Source: Monocercomonoides exilis PA203 (Eukaryota > Protista > Preaxostyla). From it: a DNA stretch of 64,000 bases. The stretch lies in contig LSRY02000016.1 of NCBI GenBank assembly GCA_001643675.2, forward strand, positions 496,001-560,000. The letters run 5' to 3'. Each line of letters begins with the position of its first letter. The stretch's first letter is position 1. Made by a program: the position numbers and the translations under genes. Below are positions 61,601 through 64,000 of this stretch, piece by piece. The notes below the pieces were generated by a model that did not search any database, was not told where the DNA came from, and saw only the letters and a program-made list of their open reading frames with translations.

Positions 61601-62454
61601 ACATTTGGATAGCGCGGATGTGGGTGGCGTCGTCGCGGGCAGACCAGCTGTCGATGCTGCATATTCTCCTGTGGATGATGAGAGGAGGCAGACTGATGGC
61701 AAAGCTGAATCTGCTCGAGCTGACAGACATTGTGGACGATGAAGACGACAATGATTATATGCACGACGAAGATTCACTCAGAACGAAAGATGAAAGCGGA
61801 ATGGTGATTGATGGTGCTTCTTATGGGAAAGGGGTCGGAGATGCAATCCCCAAAAAGAGATGGAATTTCAAGGACTCTGGAGAAGAGCATCAGCGAGATG
61901 AGATGCAATTCTTGGTGAAATATTTTTCTCTTATTTCTGATTCTGATTATGTCGAAGTTAATGGACCGAAAAAATCCATAACAGAAATATTTCTGAATAT
62001 TGACAAATTTGCTATAAAAAATGATTCATTTACTGATTATGATAATGTCGTTCTAAACCAATTAGGTGATTCAACAGCGATGTTTGAATACATTGCTGAT
62101 GCGATGAAAAACTCCTCATCACCCAAAGTCAAAGGTGCAGCAAAGCACATCTGGAACTCTTTTATTCAGCCTTATCAGATTGCACAAGAATCAGGAATGG
62201 ACGACGGAGCATACAACACAATTCACATTGACCCTGAAACGCCTTTTCAGATTATGAACTCTTTCGAGGCCAATTACATCTCAAGTGGAAATGAAATGTC
62301 TGGCTCTGCTAATCTTCTGGCACAAAAAAGTCTCGAAGAAGAGATGGAAATGAAAAAAGCGCAGGAAGCAGCAGAAGCAATGCTGAATGAGTATGCTGCT
62401 GACAATGCAAATGACGATCCAGATCTGCTTCAGTATCAAATGGACATTGAGTAA
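58669..62454 (+). CDS. Divergent importin-alpha-like ARM-repeat protein, about 5 exons
   Basis: Basic IBB-like N-terminus (ERFKSFNN...RVAALNKFRK); LQGVTNIRKLLC; LYQTLWCLNNI; YTRAV; SPNEQIR; IWCLVNIVSDSPDL; ALEALGNIA; HKVRQTALFLLKNMAVGSLKHIKVLIE. Confidence 0.7.
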
Positions 62455-63157
62455 ACTCAGATAGAATCTCAAGATTTTAGTGAAATCAGCACAATTCACG
62501 CTCACATTCCATATTGAGTTTTATCTAAAACATTTCGCTCACTTCATTTGTTTTGTTGTTTTTCTCATTTTTTTTCCTTTTAATTGATAAACATGGAAGA
62601 CTTCGCAAGCAGGAAGGTCATATTGTGTTTACATTTTGTCTGGGTTGAAAAGTTTTCAAGTCGTATGAAAATCGAAGGAAAAAATCTATTAAATTGCGTT
62701 AATTGTTGTGTAATATCAAAGGAACATGAAATAAAAAAAGTGAATTTTCCGTTTTTGTTTCATGTTTAATGAACATCGATCAATTAGTTTTTTAATAAAG
62801 AACATTAGTCAATATCTCAAAAAATGATATTTTGTTTTTCGCTTCAATTGATAAAAATATGATTTTTTGATAACAAAAAATTTTCAGATGTTTGCCTCTT
62901 TTTTTCCAAATAATCTTTTCAAAAATATTCCTTTTTTGCACGCAATTATTTTTTCTTTTTGTTTGTATGTAACAAAAACATTGAAAGGAAACAAAATGAT
63001 TCCAAACGAAAAGCAAAAAAACGGAAACATAACAAGCAAGAAAATGTGCTGTTTCGGTTTTCGAAAAGTTAAATTTAATTGAAAATGAAAGACTAATAAT
63101 ATGAATAGTTTATTATTTTGCGGTTAATTTTATAAAATGCAAACCTTCTTTTTTTGT

Positions 63158-64000
63158 TCATTTTGAAGGCTTTCTAAAGACAATCTCATTAACAGCTTTC
63201 TCTCCAAATATTCTAAAAATTCATTTCACAAATGTTTAAATACATAAATTATAAGAATGCATACAATACAAATAGATAGCCTATTCCAAGCAATCCTGCA
63301 AATCCAACATAAATCGCTTCTCTTTTAAAGGGCAGAAGAGCGTCGTGTGGAAAACTAACAATAGTTCCGTCCATTGTTGATTGCTTTATCAAGAATTTCT
63401 TCAATGAGTAGATTAAAAATGCAGACAAGATCAAGTAAGCGATAACTTTAATCGAAGGAATTGCTCTTCTGATAGCAAAAGAATTTTGATTAGCTTTTCC
63501 TTTAGCACTGTTTTGATTCAAAGATGCTTTCAAAACAAAAGATGCAATTATAATTCTCGTTGTAAAATTGATTATCGAAGCATAAATAAATCCCCTCGAA
63601 CCAAATTTAGTTCCCAGCAGCATACACACCCCGATGTACATCACTGAAGCACCAGCCATAATTGTGTTGTTTATGTGCATAAGCGAAGAAGAAGAAACAG
63701 CTCGTACAAGTGCTTCAAACACACCATTCAGCGCCAGAAGAGGAAGTGAAGAGAGGAACAAGAAACACAAAAGTGAAGTCTCTTCTTTCATCCATTTGCG
63801 TCCCATTGAGACATAAATCATTTCAGAAGATATCGAGGCAGCAAACGGGAAAAACAAGGCTCCAATCAAAAATGCCAGCTTTATGCTTGTTTCTGCAATA
63901 TCAACAACAGCTTTCGAAATTGAAGCAGAGTCATTTTTGGAGGGCATTTCTTTTGATTTCTTTTGTTTGCCTTTAGATTTTTGACTTTGTTGTTCATTTT
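63158..64000 (-). CDS. RFT1: RFT1 (Man5GlcNAc2-PP-dolichol translocation protein), 3' part; runs off the window edge; probable last intron ~63263-63214
   Basis: GRKW, LPLLALNGVFEALVRAV and GSRGFIYASIINFTTRII match the RFT1 C-terminal half; multiple TM helices; frame is open to position 64000. Confidence 0.8.

Noticed and set aside
16229-64000. Apparent functional cluster of endomembrane/glycosylation genes (WASHC5, GOS1, PIGA, RFT1) and of importin alpha and beta
   Set aside because: Interspersed with unrelated genes in mixed orientations; these categories are common enough for chance co-location
1-64000. CRISPR arrays, rRNA, tRNA, telomeric arrays, prokaryotic operons
   Set aside because: None seen by eye; repeats are simple microsatellites or the inverted-repeat element. 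Small ncRNAs cannot be excluded without covariance-model searches.

Overview
Eukaryotic, intron-rich, AT-rich-intergenic genomic DNA in the standard genetic code (TAA, TAG and TGA all end genes). Gene style (giant intronless beta-helix/pseudokinase receptor, poly-Ser inserts in conserved proteins, short AT-rich introns) points to an oxymonad such as Monocercomonoides; this is inference, not a database match. Genes in order: a 4104-aa single-pass receptor-like protein with beta-helix modules and a dead kinase C-lobe; an ELAPOR/KIAA1324-like protein; strumpellin (WASHC5); a stand-alone CBM48 protein; Gos1 SNARE; importin beta; an unknown protein; MAK11/PAK1IP1; an oversized tRNase Z-L; RPS3a; a large Ser-rich unknown; a degenerate GT25-like membrane protein; a coiled-coil protein; PIG-A; a divergent importin-alpha-like protein; and the 3' part of RFT1. 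Best leads: (1) a sharply bounded, compositionally distinct ~160-codon in-frame segment in the outermost domain of the giant receptor, a candidate swappable variable cassette; (2) a foldback MITE with a second element nested in its left arm, both with apparent target-site duplications; (3) an atypical splice-site code (GTWT donors, many AAG acceptors). All exon structures were inferred by eye.
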